A DNA stretch of 64,000 nt, taken from NCBI GenBank assembly GCA_965208575.1, contig CBDBOV010000005.1, forward strand, positions 768,001 to 832,000, in the 5' to 3' direction. Both the position numbers and the translations under genes were made by a program. The notes under the pieces were generated by a model. The model had not been told where the DNA came from and did no database searches. It was given only the letters and a program-made list of their open reading frames with translations. Of the stretch, positions 9,274 through 19,768 are shown one piece after another (positions within the stretch are counted from its first letter, which is position 1; each line of letters starts with the position of its first letter). This stretch comes from Spirochaetia bacterium (GTDB taxonomy: Bacteria; Spirochaetota; Spirochaetia; SZUA-6; Bin103).

Positions 9274-11250
9274 ATGGGAAAAATTATCGGCATTGACCTC
9301 GGTACGACGAACTCCTGCGTCGCCGTCATGGAGGGCAGCGACCCGATCGTGGTGCAGAACTCCGAAGGCCAACGTACGACGCCTTCCATCGTTGCGTTTA
9401 CCGACAAGGGACGGTTGGTCGGTCAACCGGCAAAGAACCAGGTGGTTACCAACCCGGAGAACACCATTTATTCGATAAAGCGGTTCGTCGGACGCCGCTT
9501 TACCGAGGTGCCCGAAGAGATAACGATGGTGCCCTACCAGGTTCTCGACTCCGGCAACGACGTGCGCGTGGTGGCCCAGGGAAAACAGTATTCGCCACCG
9601 GAAATTTCCGCCGCGGTGCTGCAGAAGATGAAGGAAACCGCGGAACGCTATCTCGGCGATACCGTCACTGAAGCGGTGATAACCGTGCCTGCATATTTCA
9701 ACGATTCACAACGCCAGGCGACCAAGGACGCGGGTCGAATCGCCGGCTTGGAAGTGAAGCGAATCGTCAATGAGCCAACCGCCGCCGCACTGGCCTACGG
9801 ACTCAACAAAGAGGGCAAGGAAGAACGCATCGCGGTGTACGACCTCGGCGGTGGTACGTTCGACATTTCCATTCTGGAACTCGGCGACGGCGTGTTTGAA
9901 GTGAAGTCCACGAACGGCGACACGCATCTCGGCGGCGACAACTTCGATCAGCGCGTAATCGACTGGCTGATCGACAAGTTCAAGAACGAATACGGCATCG
10001 ACCTGAGCCAGGACCGGATGGCGTTGCAGCGCCTCAAGGAAGCCGCCGAGAAGGCCAAGATAGAGCTTTCCGGGACGGAAACCACGGAGATCAATCTGCC
10101 GTTCATCACGGCCGATCAGACCGGTCCCAAGCACTTGCAGTACAGCTTGGCGCGATCCACGTTCGAGCAGATGATCGGCGATCTGATCGAAGCTACCGCG
10201 CAACCGTGCCGGCAAGCGATGCAGGACGCCGGGGTTGATCCCGGGGCGATCGACCAGGTTGTCCTGGTGGGTGGGTCGACGCGCATACCGGCGGTCCAGA
10301 AGCTGGTTGAGGACGTGTTCGGGAAGGAGCCGAACCGGGGCGTGAACCCGGACGAGGTGGTGGCAATCGGCGCCGCCATCCAGGGCGGCATCCTTGGCGG
10401 CGAAGTGAAGGACGTACTGCTGCTCGACGTGACTCCGTTGTCGCTCGGCATCGAGACGCTCGGCGGGGTGGCCACCAAGCTGATCGAGCGCAACACCACC
10501 ATTCCGACCCGAAAGAGCCAGATTTTCTCGACCGCCGCCGACCAGCAGAAGGCGGTGTCGATCCACGTGCTGCAAGGCGAACGCGAAATGGCTTCGCACA
10601 ATCGCACGCTCGGCCATTTCGACCTGGTGGGAATCCCGCCGGCACCCCGCGGCGTACCGCAGATCGAGGTCACCTTCGACATTGACGCGAATGGCATCGT
10701 GCACGTGTCGGCGAAGGACCTCGGCACCGGAAAGGAACAGAAGATCCGCATCGAGTCGTCGTCGGGTCTGTCGGACGCCGAGATCGACAAGATGGTCAAG
10801 GAAGCCGAGCTGAACGCCGAGGAGGACAAGCGCGTCCGGGAGCGCGCGGAGGCGCGCAACGAAGCGGATACGCTGGTCTACTCGACGGAAAAATCTCTTT
10901 CCGAGTATGGCGACAAGCTGTCCGCGGACGAGCGCAGCGCGGTGCAGACGGCGCTCGCCGACGTGAAGGGCTACCTGGACGGCAATGAGCCCGACGCTCT
11001 GGACGTGGACCTGCTCAAGACCAAGACCGAGGCACTGCGCCAGGCCGCTTACAAGCTCGCCGAAGAGATGTACAAGAACGCGCAGGGCACCGAATCGGGC
11101 GGCGGCGCGAACGCCGAGCCGGGAGCCAACGGCACCACCAACGACGCCGATGGAGGAGCCGGCGAGAATGGCCGCACTGCCGCGGCCAGCAAGGGTGAGA
11201 AGGTAGAAGACGTCGATTACGAAGTGGTCGACGACGACGACAAGAAGTAG
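9274..11250 (+). CDS. dnaK: Molecular chaperone DnaK
   Basis: [54 protein letters not shown]. Confidence 0.99.
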   Translation: MGKIIGIDLGTTNSCVAVMEGSDPIVVQNSEGQRTTPSIVAFTDKGRLVGQPAKNQVVTNPENTIYSIKRFVGRRFTEVPEEITMVPYQVLDSGNDVRVVAQGKQYSPPEISAAVLQKMKETAERYLGDTVTEAVITVPAYFNDSQRQATKDAGRIAGLEVKRIVNEPTAAALAYGLNKEGKEERIAVYDLGGGTFDISILELGDGVFEVKSTNGDTHLGGDNFDQRVIDWLIDKFKNEYGIDLSQDRMALQRLKEAAEKAKIELSGTETTEINLPFITADQTGPKHLQYSLARSTFEQMIGDLIEATAQPCRQAMQDAGVDPGAIDQVVLVGGSTRIPAVQKLVEDVFGKEPNRGVNPDEVVAIGAAIQGGILGGEVKDVLLLDVTPLSLGIETLGGVATKLIERNTTIPTRKSQIFSTAADQQKAVSIHVLQGEREMASHNRTLGHFDLVGIPPAPRGVPQIEVTFDIDANGIVHVSAKDLGTGKEQKIRIESSSGLSDAEIDKMVKEAELNAEEDKRVRERAEARNEADTLVYSTEKSLSEYGDKLSADERSAVQTALADVKGYLDGNEPDALDVDLLKTKTEALRQAAYKLAEEMYKNAQGTESGGGANAEPGANGTTNDADGGAGENGRTAAASKGEKVEDVDYEVVDDDDKK

Positions 11251-11280
11251 CCGGGAGTTGTTGGGCAAGGTCGGGAGCGG

Positions 11281-12402
11281 TTGGCCAAGCGGGATTACTA
11301 CGAAGTGCTTGGCGTCGACAAGGGCGCCTCGCTTGACGACGTAAAGAAGGCTTACCGCAAGCTCGCGATCCGCTATCATCCCGACAAGAACCCGGGCGAC
11401 AAGGCCGCCGAGGAGAAGTTCAAGGAGGCCACCGAGGCCTACGACATAGTCTCCAATCCGCAGAAGAGGCAGGCCTACGACCAGTTCGGCTTCGCCGGTG
11501 TCGATGGCATGGGCGGCGGCAGAACGCAGGACTTCTCCCACGTCTTCCGCGACTTCGAGGATATATTCGGCGACTTCGGGGGTATTTTCGACTCCCTGTT
11601 CGGCGGCGGCCGGCGGCGGCCGGCGGGGTCGCGCGCGGTCGTGCGCGGCGACGACCTGCGCTACGATCTTGAAGTGCCGTTCGCGGACGCTGTGTACGGC
11701 ACGGAAGCGGAAATCTCTTTTGCCCGCAACGAAAGCTGCGCGGCGTGCCGTGGAACCGGCGCCGCGGGCGGCGCGCGGCGCAAGATCTGCCCGACGTGTG
11801 CCGGCAACGGCCAGGTGCGGCGCAGCTCCGGGTTCTTTTCCATCGCCTCCACCTGTCCGGAGTGCGGGGGCGAGGGAGATATCGTGGAGAACCCCTGTGT
11901 GCAGTGCCGCGGCACCGGCCGGGAACGCCACAACAAGCGCCTCAAGATCACCATCCCGGCCGGCATTGAGCCCGGCAAACGTATCCAGGTGCCCGGTCAT
12001 GGCGATGGCGGCGCCGGCAACCGGCCGCCGGGAGACCTGTACGTCTACATCCACATTCGCGCGCACGAGTTCTTCGAACGCCACGGCAACGACCTGTACT
12101 GCGTGATCAGAGTGGGCATCGTGCAGGCCGCCCTCGGCGGCGAGATCGTGGTCGCCACGCTCGATGACCGCAAGGTTCGGGTCAAGGTTCCCGCCGGCAC
12201 GCAGCACGGCAAGATGCTGCGTCTGCGTAACGAGGGAGTTCCGTTCCGTGGCGAGCGCCATCGCGGCAATCTGTACATCCGGGTGCTGGTCAAGGTGCCC
12301 GATCGGGTCCCGGCACGGGCTCGCGGACTGCTCGAGGAGTTTGGCCGCATCGTGACCGACGACAACAATCCGCAGCCGGTTCCCCTCTCCGACCTCAAGT
12401 AG
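11281..12402 (+). CDS. dnaJ: Molecular chaperone DnaJ
   Basis: J-domain HPDKN, G/F region, four CxxCxGxG zinc-finger motifs; TTG start. Confidence 0.98.
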   Translation: MAKRDYYEVLGVDKGASLDDVKKAYRKLAIRYHPDKNPGDKAAEEKFKEATEAYDIVSNPQKRQAYDQFGFAGVDGMGGGRTQDFSHVFRDFEDIFGDFGGIFDSLFGGGRRRPAGSRAVVRGDDLRYDLEVPFADAVYGTEAEISFARNESCAACRGTGAAGGARRKICPTCAGNGQVRRSSGFFSIASTCPECGGEGDIVENPCVQCRGTGRERHNKRLKITIPAGIEPGKRIQVPGHGDGGAGNRPPGDLYVYIHIRAHEFFERHGNDLYCVIRVGIVQAALGGEIVVATLDDRKVRVKVPAGTQHGKMLRLRNEGVPFRGERHRGNLYIRVLVKVPDRVPARARGLLEEFGRIVTDDNNPQPVPLSDLK

Positions 12403-12407
12403 CCTCG

Positions 12408-13727
12408 ATGTCCACCGCGCCCGTGTTCATGGTGCAGGCGGCGGTCGTCGGGATGCTCGCGGTGCAGATTGCACTCGCGGCGGTGCGGGTGCGATACGCG
12501 CCGCGGCCGGCCGAGGCGGTCTGGTTCCTGCTGCTGCTTGCCTCGGTGCTCGGATTGGCGGCGACCGGTGCGCGTGGGCCGGGCGGCCTGGTGGCGGCGG
12601 CCGCGGTGACCTGGGCGGCCGGGGCGTGCCTGGCGGCGGCCGCCGGCGAGGCGCCGGCGTGGCGCTGGCATGCCGCCGCGGGCGGGGTCGCGGCCGCAAT
12701 CGCGATGTGCGCGTGGGCCGGTTGGTGGGGCGGCCGGCTGTGGCTGGCGCCGGCGGCGGGAGTCGCCGCGCTGGCCGCCTGGCCGTTGCGCGGGTGGTCG
12801 GTGCGGCGGCGCGGGGGCGCGGCGGGCCGTTATCTGTGCGCGATCGGATTGCTTCCGGTGGCAGGCGCGCTGGTCGACCAGGTCGCGCAACTGGCACGCG
12901 GCGCGCCATTGTCCCTGGCGGTCGTGGGCGCCGGCGCGGCGGCGCTCGGTGCGGGCTATCTGCTCGCCGAGCTCGACCATCTGCGTGCGCCGGCCGGCGA
13001 GCGCCGGCAGCCGGATTCGGCGGGGGACGGCCTGCTGCAGCAACGACTGGCGATCGCCGGGTATCTCACCGCCGGCGTCGCACACGAGTTCAAGAACACG
13101 CTCGGCCACATCAAGACGACCGCGGAGTGGGGCGCCTCAGGCGGTGACGCACAGCGTGCGCTGCACCTTATTCGCAGCCACGTGGGTGACGGCGTCAGCG
13201 GCGTGCACGAGATGCTCGCCACGACGCTCCGGGACGGCCCGGAAGCACGTTCGAAGGTGTCGCCGTTGAGCGAGATCAACAAGATCCTGGGAGTGGTGGC
13301 GGCGACGCTGCAGGTGGTGCGGATCACGATTCGGCTGCAGGTGCCGGCGGAACTCGCCCTGGTGACCCGCCGCAGCGAGCTGATGCTGGCTCTGCTGAAC
13401 CTGATCCACAATGCCGGTCAGGCGACCACCGAGCGCGATTCCGCGGGCGGCACCGTCACCGTGACCGGCCGCCAAGAGGCCGATCGGTGCATCCTGGAGG
13501 TGACCGACGGCGCCGGAGGCGTGGATCCGGCCGCGGTCGGAAGACTGTTCGACCGGGGATACGGCAGCGGGGCGGGCACCGGTGTCGGGCTCCACCTGGC
13601 GCGTCTCCTGGTCGAACGCAACGGCGGCAGCCTTACCTATCACGCGATTCCAGGTGGAAGCTGCTTCCGCATCGCACTGCCGATGGCACCGTCGCCGGGC
13701 GGCGTGGGTGCGGTGCGGGGTGGCTAG
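12408..13727 (+). CDS. Membrane sensor histidine kinase (no adjacent response regulator)
   Basis: Multi-TM N-terminus; H-box AGVAHEFKN, N-box LLNLIHNA, G1 DGAGG, G2 GTGVGL. Confidence 0.88.
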   Translation: MSTAPVFMVQAAVVGMLAVQIALAAVRVRYAPRPAEAVWFLLLLASVLGLAATGARGPGGLVAAAAVTWAAGACLAAAAGEAPAWRWHAAAGGVAAAIAMCAWAGWWGGRLWLAPAAGVAALAAWPLRGWSVRRRGGAAGRYLCAIGLLPVAGALVDQVAQLARGAPLSLAVVGAGAAALGAGYLLAELDHLRAPAGERRQPDSAGDGLLQQRLAIAGYLTAGVAHEFKNTLGHIKTTAEWGASGGDAQRALHLIRSHVGDGVSGVHEMLATTLRDGPEARSKVSPLSEINKILGVVAATLQVVRITIRLQVPAELALVTRRSELMLALLNLIHNAGQATTERDSAGGTVTVTGRQEADRCILEVTDGAGGVDPAAVGRLFDRGYGSGAGTGVGLHLARLLVERNGGSLTYHAIPGGSCFRIALPMAPSPGGVGAVRGG

Positions 13728-14595
13728 CGGCGTGGCCGGCGAGCCGGTCGAGCTGTTCGACGAACAGGGCGTCAGCCGCGGATTCTACTCTCCGCTCAAC
13801 CGGCTCAACGAGCTGACCGGCAAGGAGTGGTTGTACTGGACGCGCTCGGTGATCCACCGCCCCTATCCGCCCAACTGCCAGCACGCCCTGCGCAGCCTGC
13901 ACGGCGGGCAGAAGCCGCCGGACCTGTGCGCTGACCTGATTCGCGTGTTCACCAAGAGCGATGCGCTGGTGCTGGATCCATTCATGGGGGTGGGCGGCAC
14001 GCTGCTGGGCGCCGCGCGTGCGGGACGGAGGGCGGTAGGCATCGAAGTCAACCGGCGCTGGATCGAAATCTACCGCGAGGTGTGCCGCCGCGAAGGCCTC
14101 GCCAGGTTTCCGGCCCACGCCGGCGACGCGGCCACGGTGCTGGAGCAGGTCAGCGGTCCATTCGACCTGGTGCTGACCGACGTCCCGTACTGGAACATGG
14201 ACGTGGCGCCGCGTTCGCGGGGCAGCTACAAGCGCGTCGGGTCGCCGTCGCGGCCGGCGGCGCAGACGCGGCTCGACCGGTTCGGGGAGGCGTCGGAGTA
14301 CGCCGACAAGGCCGCCTGGCTGGGCGCGATGCAGCGCGTGTTCCGGCTGGCGTGCGAGCGCCTCAAGCCGGGCGGGCACCTGCTCTCGTTTATCGGCGAC
14401 ATGTACATGGGGGGCGTCTACCACGCCTTGTCGGCGGAGTTGGGGGCGATGCTCAGCGGCATCGAGCCGCTGGTGTGGCAGGCGAACCTGGTCTGGTATG
14501 ACGTCTCCAAGAAGCTGCACATCTACGGCTACCGCTATCGCTACATTCCCTCGCTGGTGCACCAGAACGTGCTGGTGTTCCGCAAGGCGCAGTAA
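13720..14595 (+). CDS. SAM-dependent N6/N4-type (DNA or RNA) methyltransferase
   Basis: HGGQKP...VLDPFMGVGGT (motif I) followed by DLVLTDVPYW (DPPY-like motif IV); GTG 13720 overlaps the kinase stop. Confidence 0.8.
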   Translation: MASGVAGEPVELFDEQGVSRGFYSPLNRLNELTGKEWLYWTRSVIHRPYPPNCQHALRSLHGGQKPPDLCADLIRVFTKSDALVLDPFMGVGGTLLGAARAGRRAVGIEVNRRWIEIYREVCRREGLARFPAHAGDAATVLEQVSGPFDLVLTDVPYWNMDVAPRSRGSYKRVGSPSRPAAQTRLDRFGEASEYADKAAWLGAMQRVFRLACERLKPGGHLLSFIGDMYMGGVYHALSAELGAMLSGIEPLVWQANLVWYDVSKKLHIYGYRYRYIPSLVHQNVLVFRKAQ

Positions 14596-15398
14596 TGGTC
14601 GTCTACGGGGTGCATCCAATCGCCGAGCTGCTCGGGCGTGCCGCCGCGGGCCGCGGGCAATGGCCGCGCGCGGCGGAGTTGCTGGTGGCGCGGGACAACG
14701 CCGCCGTGCGCCGCCTGAGCCGGCAGGCGGAGGTGCTGGGGATTCCGGTTCAGCGGGTGAGCGCGGCGGAACTGGCGCAGCGCTGCGGCAGTGACGCACA
14801 TCGCGGCGTGGCGCTGGTGGGCGCGCCGGGTTCCGCCCGCAGGTCGGCGAGGGGCGCGCGGAGAGCCCCGGCGGGTGCCGGTCGGGCCGCCGGGCCGGCT
14901 TCGTTGCGCGCTGCCCTTGCCGGCCTGGCGCAGCGCCCGGCGGCGCTGGTCGCGGTAGCGGACGGCATCACCGATCCCGCCAACCTCGGCAGCATCACGC
15001 GCAGCGCCGAGCAGTTCGGGACCGACCTGCTGGTGGTGCCGCGGCGTCGGTCGGCGCGCTTCGATGACACGGTGATGCGGGTGTCGGCGGGAGCGGCGGT
15101 GCACGTGGCCGCCGTCTCGGTGTCCAACGTGGCGGCCGCCCTGGCACAGCTCAAGGGCGCCGGTTTCTGGATCTACGGCGCCGACCTGGCGGGTGAGCCG
15201 CTCGACGAGGTGCGGTTTCCGTCGCGGGTGGCGCTGGTGCTGGGATCGGAGGGCGGCGGTCTGCACGAACTGGTGCGCCGCCGCTGCGACCACCTGGTGC
15301 GCATCCCGACCAGGGGGCAACTGGACTCCCTGAACGTCGCGGTGGCCGCCGCGATCCTGTTGTACGAGGTGGCGAGGCAGCGGCGCAGCCCAACCTGA
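14595..15398 (+). CDS. rlmB: 23S rRNA 2'-O-methyltransferase RlmB / TrmH (SpoU) family
   Basis: VYGVHPI, DGITDPANLGSITRSA, VLGSEGGG, IPTRGQLDSLNVAVAAAILLYE. Confidence 0.9.
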   Translation: MVVYGVHPIAELLGRAAAGRGQWPRAAELLVARDNAAVRRLSRQAEVLGIPVQRVSAAELAQRCGSDAHRGVALVGAPGSARRSARGARRAPAGAGRAAGPASLRAALAGLAQRPAALVAVADGITDPANLGSITRSAEQFGTDLLVVPRRRSARFDDTVMRVSAGAAVHVAAVSVSNVAAALAQLKGAGFWIYGADLAGEPLDEVRFPSRVALVLGSEGGGLHELVRRRCDHLVRIPTRGQLDSLNVAVAAAILLYEVARQRRSPT

Positions 15399-15437
15399 CG
15401 CACGAGAGGCGCCGGCCCACGACGGTGGCGGCGACGG

Positions 15438-16712
15438 TTACGAGGGACGATGCGGCGCCGCCGGCGAGTTGAACAGGTGCGCACCGACGTCGGTGCGCCA
15501 CCATGCGCCGGGGAAGCGCACCTGCTGCACCAGCGCGTAGGCGTTGGCGCGCGCGTGGGCAACATTGCTGCCGAGACCGGTGGCGGCGAAGCAGCGGCCG
15601 CCGCCGGTGCGCAGGGTGCCGCCGGAGCGCGCGGTGCCGGCGTGAAACACCTCGCCGCGCGGATCTCCAGGCGGCGGCAGCGAGGCAACCGGCAGGCCGC
15701 TTCGATACGGGCCCGGGTAGCCGTCGGCCGCGGCCACTACGCACACGGCGGTCTGGTCGTGCCAGCACAGCGCGACATCGGCCAGGCTGCCGGCGGCCAC
15801 CGCCCACAGCAACTCGGCCGGGTCGGTCGCCAGCAGCGGCATCAGCACCTCGGTCTCCGGATCGCCGAGGCGCACGTTGAATTCCAGCACGCGCGGGCCG
15901 TGCGCGGTCACCATGATGCCGATGAACAGCACACCGCGGTACAGCAAGCCTTCCGCGCGCAGCGCACGCACCGTCGGTTGCACAATCTGCGCGTCGAGCT
16001 CCGCGGCGAGCGCGCCGTCGACCCACGGTGCCGGGCATACCGCGCCCATGCCCCCGGTGTTCGGGCCGCTGCCGCCGTCCTGTGCCTTCTTGTAGTCGCT
16101 GCAGATCGGCAGTAGCGAGGCACTGCTGCCGTCCATCAGCAGGAACAGCGACAGTTCGAATCCATGCAGGTACTCTTCCGCCAGGACCGGGCCGCTGGCC
16201 AGAGCCGCGGTGCCGAACCGCAACAGCGCCGCGCGGTCGTCCGACTCCAGCACGCCCTTGCCGCCGGCGAGCCCGTCCATCTTCAACACCAGGGCACCGC
16301 CATGATCGCCCAGCAGCGCCTCCAGCGCGGCCTGGTCGTGTACCTCGCGGGCGTGGGCCGCCGGAATCCGGTGGCGCAGCAGAAACGCCTTGCAGAACGC
16401 CTTGCTCGATTCGAGCCGGGCCGCGTGCGCCGACGGGCCCACCACCGCCACGCCGGCGTCGCGCAGCAGGTCCGCCACGCCGGCGGCCAGCGCGTCCTCC
16501 GGGCCGATCACGGCAAGGTCGACGCGGTGGCGCCGCGCCGCATCACGCACGCGGGCGGGATCGCGATACGGCACCTCCGGAAGGTTACGCCCGAGATCGC
16601 CGGTAGCGGCGTTGCCGGGCGCTACCAGCACCTCCTCGACCCGGGCGCTCGCCGCCAGCCTCCAGGCAAGGGCGTGCTCGCGCGCGCCGCTGCCGACCAC
16701 CAGTACGCGCAT
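15438..16712 (-). CDS. purD: Phosphoribosylamine--glycine ligase
   Basis: MRVLVVGSGAREHAL, LESSKAFCK, KMDGLAGGKGV, GPNTGGMG, EFNVRLGDPE. Confidence 0.97.
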   Translation of the reverse strand: MRVLVVGSGAREHALAWRLAASARVEEVLVAPGNAATGDLGRNLPEVPYRDPARVRDAARRHRVDLAVIGPEDALAAGVADLLRDAGVAVVGPSAHAARLESSKAFCKAFLLRHRIPAAHAREVHDQAALEALLGDHGGALVLKMDGLAGGKGVLESDDRAALLRFGTAALASGPVLAEEYLHGFELSLFLLMDGSSASLLPICSDYKKAQDGGSGPNTGGMGAVCPAPWVDGALAAELDAQIVQPTVRALRAEGLLYRGVLFIGIMVTAHGPRVLEFNVRLGDPETEVLMPLLATDPAELLWAVAAGSLADVALCWHDQTAVCVVAAADGYPGPYRSGLPVASLPPPGDPRGEVFHAGTARSGGTLRTGGGRCFAATGLGSNVAHARANAYALVQQVRFPGAWWRTDVGAHLFNSPAAPHRPS

Positions 16713-17067
16713 CGCTTTCCGGTCAGCGTGCGCCGGCGCGCAAATCGCTGATTGCGCTCAAGATACCGGCGAGTCGTGCTTGCCCGGCCGGGCTGCCCGT
16801 GGTAGGCTCCCGCATCGATCTGGGCATGGATATCGGTAGTCGCATGAGTTCACCCATGAGTGCAGTGGTGCCGGCCGGCGCTCCGCAGCGGATTCCGCGG
16901 CGCGGCGCGGGCCAGCGGCGCACGGCGTGCACCTGCCCGGAATCCCGGCAACCGGCGCCGGCCAGCGTAGCGCCTCGCACCGCCGCCGTCAACGCGGGCC
17001 GGTGAGCGCGCGCTCGCCGGCACGGCCACGAGGCTCGCGCGCAGGCGGGCGCGAGGCAGAGTCCTCC

Positions 17068-18111
17068 GTGGATCGGTACAAGGCCGCCGAACGGCGCGCC
17101 GTGTCCGGTGCGCGTCGGTTGGCGGCCGCGGTGACTGGTCCGGCGGTATACCTCTGCCGCCGCGCCGCCGTCATCGGCAACCAGAAACTCACCGTCATGA
17201 TCGTTCCGCACTCGCAGCGGAAAGCCGTGAACCTGCAGTTCTCGGTGTTCGGCCTGTTGTTCGTGTGCGTGCTGCTCGCGACGCTGCTGCTGGTGTCGGT
17301 TTCTCTGTCCACCGGTTTCACGCGCACCCACGAGCGGTTCCTGGATGCGAGCCGCGCGCTGTCCGCGAGCGAGACGACGGTCGAGAGCATGGCCGACGAA
17401 GTGAAGGAGCTGCAGCGCGTGGTGATCCAGTTCCGGCAGTCGTTGGAACGGGTGTTGGGCGTGGTAGGTACCGAGAACGCGCGCGGTTACCTGACCGGCG
17501 GCGTCGGCGGCGACCTCGCTTCGTTCGTGAGCGAGTCGCTGGTGATTGCCAGCGACGTGCGCAGCCTGACCGAGCTGCGCAGCCTGCGCACCTACCTGGA
17601 GGCGGCGCTCGGTCCGCTGCAGGAGATCGAGAACGCCCTCGTGGCGCAGCGCGAGCTCCTGGCCGACATTCCGAGCCTGTGGCCGGTGGCGGCCGGCAAG
17701 GGCTACATCACGGCGGACTTCGGTCCCGCCATCCATCCGTTCAACCGCCGCTGGTATATCCACAAGGGGATCGATATCGCCTGGCTGCGCGGCACCGAGA
17801 TCGTCGCCACCGCCAACGGCCGCGTGCAGCGAGTCGGATACGAACCCCACAACCTCGGCCACTTCGTGATCGTCAAGCACAAGTACGGCTTCGCGACCGT
17901 GTACGGTCACCTGGGCCGGCGGCCGCTGGTGAAGCCGGGGCAGCAGGTCGAGCGTGGCGCGGTGCTCGGCTACCTCGGCAGCACGGGGCTCTCCACCGGG
18001 CCGCACCTGCACTACGAGGTGTGGATTGCCGAGCAGGTGGTGAACCCGCGCCAGTTCCTGTCCATTCTCAACAGCTCACGCAGCGGCAGCCGCGGCGCCG
18101 TGGGGCGCTGA
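17068..18111 (+). CDS. M23 family metallopeptidase
   Basis: HKGIDI and STGPHLHYEV zinc motifs, TM plus coiled coil; probable GTG start at 17068. Confidence 0.92.
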   Translation: MDRYKAAERRAVSGARRLAAAVTGPAVYLCRRAAVIGNQKLTVMIVPHSQRKAVNLQFSVFGLLFVCVLLATLLLVSVSLSTGFTRTHERFLDASRALSASETTVESMADEVKELQRVVIQFRQSLERVLGVVGTENARGYLTGGVGGDLASFVSESLVIASDVRSLTELRSLRTYLEAALGPLQEIENALVAQRELLADIPSLWPVAAGKGYITADFGPAIHPFNRRWYIHKGIDIAWLRGTEIVATANGRVQRVGYEPHNLGHFVIVKHKYGFATVYGHLGRRPLVKPGQQVERGAVLGYLGSTGLSTGPHLHYEVWIAEQVVNPRQFLSILNSSRSGSRGAVGR

Positions 18112-18117
18112 CACCCC

Positions 18118-18924
18118 TCACGCCTGCCAGGCGTCGACCTGCGCCGCGATGATTCGGTGCGCGTCGTCGAGCACGGCCGCCATCGCCTGCCGGTCGGTCG
18201 CCGGCGCATAGATCGCCAGCACCTTGATCCGGTAGTGGACGCCCGCCAGGTTGCCGAACGCACCGAGCCGGGCAATCGCGGTGCCGCCGTCGAGTGCTAC
18301 CGCCACGATCGGCAGGCCGGTCTGCTCGGCAAGCACGCGGGTGCCGGCACGGTAGAAGCGCGCCACCTTGCCGTCCCGGGAACGCGTGCCTTCCGGGAAC
18401 ACGGCAAGGCTGCAGGGCGGATAGGGCGAGCCGGGATCGGCGTGCCGGTCGAGCTGCGCCAGCCGCACCAGCGCGCGGCGGGTGGGGCGAAACGGGCCGT
18501 GGCGGTCGATCGCCGCGTGCTCGCCGTAGCGCAGGCACCGGGACAGCGTCGGGATACCGCGAAACAGCGAGCGCTTGGCGATGAACTTGGGTGGGTGGCG
18601 CGGAAACGCCGCCACCAGCATCGGGATGTCGGCCAGGCTCTGGTGGTTGCTGAGCATGATGAAGCGCCGCGGCAACGCGCCGGCGCCGTCGGTGTCCGCC
18701 GTGTAGCGCAACCCGCAGAAGCGATGCACGGTCGCGATCATGCGCCGGCCCTGCACGGTCATGAACCGTTCCACCACCTGCCGTCGCCGTGTTCGCCAAC
18801 TCATGGTGACCAGGATGCGCAGCTCGCTGAACAGGAATATCACCAGCAGGTAGGTCAGGGCGGCCGCGACGCCGCCCGGCGCCGCCCGGGCGCGGCGGCG
18901 AGTCAGATGCAGCCGGCGGTACAC
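18118..18924 (-). CDS. Lysophospholipid acyltransferase (PlsC family)
   Basis: SNHQSLAD and VFPEGTRS motifs; probable GTG start at 18924. Confidence 0.9.
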   Translation of the reverse strand: MYRRLHLTRRRARAAPGGVAAALTYLLVIFLFSELRILVTMSWRTRRRQVVERFMTVQGRRMIATVHRFCGLRYTADTDGAGALPRRFIMLSNHQSLADIPMLVAAFPRHPPKFIAKRSLFRGIPTLSRCLRYGEHAAIDRHGPFRPTRRALVRLAQLDRHADPGSPYPPCSLAVFPEGTRSRDGKVARFYRAGTRVLAEQTGLPIVAVALDGGTAIARLGAFGNLAGVHYRIKVLAIYAPATDRQAMAAVLDDAHRIIAAQVDAWQA

Positions 18925-18926
18925 GG

Positions 18927-19760
18927 TCAGGTCACGCGGCCGGCATGCGCCGCCGCTCCGGCGCCCCGTGCGCGGCGGAACAGGTCCGGCATGTCGGCGG
19001 CGGCGACCACCCGCACCCGTTCGGCGCGCAGGCGATCGTGATCGGCGAACCACTCGGGCAGAACGTAGCCCCAGTCGGCGAGGCAGGTGGCGATGCGCCG
19101 GTCCGCGTTGCCGAGCAGGTGGTCGAGCTGGTCTTCCACGAACAGGGCGTGCGCCCCGGGTGTGCGGTCCAGGTGTTCGCCGATCATGTCCAGCTTGCGC
19201 GTGTCGGCGCCGTCCGGGTTGCTGGCGGCGTGGAACACGGCACCCGCAGGAATCGGTATGCGGTGGGCGCGCAGGATCTCGCATACCAGCGACGCCGCCT
19301 TGGTGGACAGGACGCGGACGTTGGTCAGGTCGCCGGCGGCCAGCAGCCGGCGCATGTGCGGGTACAGGCGGTTGAGCGCCAGCCAGTGCGGCTTGTCGCG
19401 TGCCAGGAAGGCGCCTCGGGTGCGCGCCATGGCGAGCTTGTACCGTCCGATGCACCGGCTGCCGAGCGTGTCCCGGTAGGCGTCGAACGCCGCCTGGGTG
19501 GCCGGCCCGCGGAAGCCCGCCTCGGCCTGCTCGCGCGCCAGGATCTGCTGAATCACCACGTAGTCCTCACCGGAGCGGATCAGCGGCCGCATCTGCCGGA
19601 ACCGGCGCCGTGCGTGCAGGCTGATGTGCGCTCCCCCGGCGGCGCCGCCGCCAAGCTGCCGCCAAGTCAGCCAACTGCTGACGAAGCACTCCCGCTCCGA
19701 GTCGCACACGACGCCGTCGAAGTCGAGATAGAGCAGCAGCGGGCGGTCGGCGCGCGTCAC
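18927..19760 (-). CDS. HAD-superfamily hydrolase-like protein
   Basis: YLDFDGVVCDS motif I, LSTK, FVEDQLDHL, LADWGY. Confidence 0.8.
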   Translation of the reverse strand: MTRADRPLLLYLDFDGVVCDSERECFVSSWLTWRQLGGGAAGGAHISLHARRRFRQMRPLIRSGEDYVVIQQILAREQAEAGFRGPATQAAFDAYRDTLGSRCIGRYKLAMARTRGAFLARDKPHWLALNRLYPHMRRLLAAGDLTNVRVLSTKAASLVCEILRAHRIPIPAGAVFHAASNPDGADTRKLDMIGEHLDRTPGAHALFVEDQLDHLLGNADRRIATCLADWGYVLPEWFADHDRLRAERVRVVAAADMPDLFRRARGAGAAAHAGRVT

Positions 19761-19768
19761 CCGTGCCG

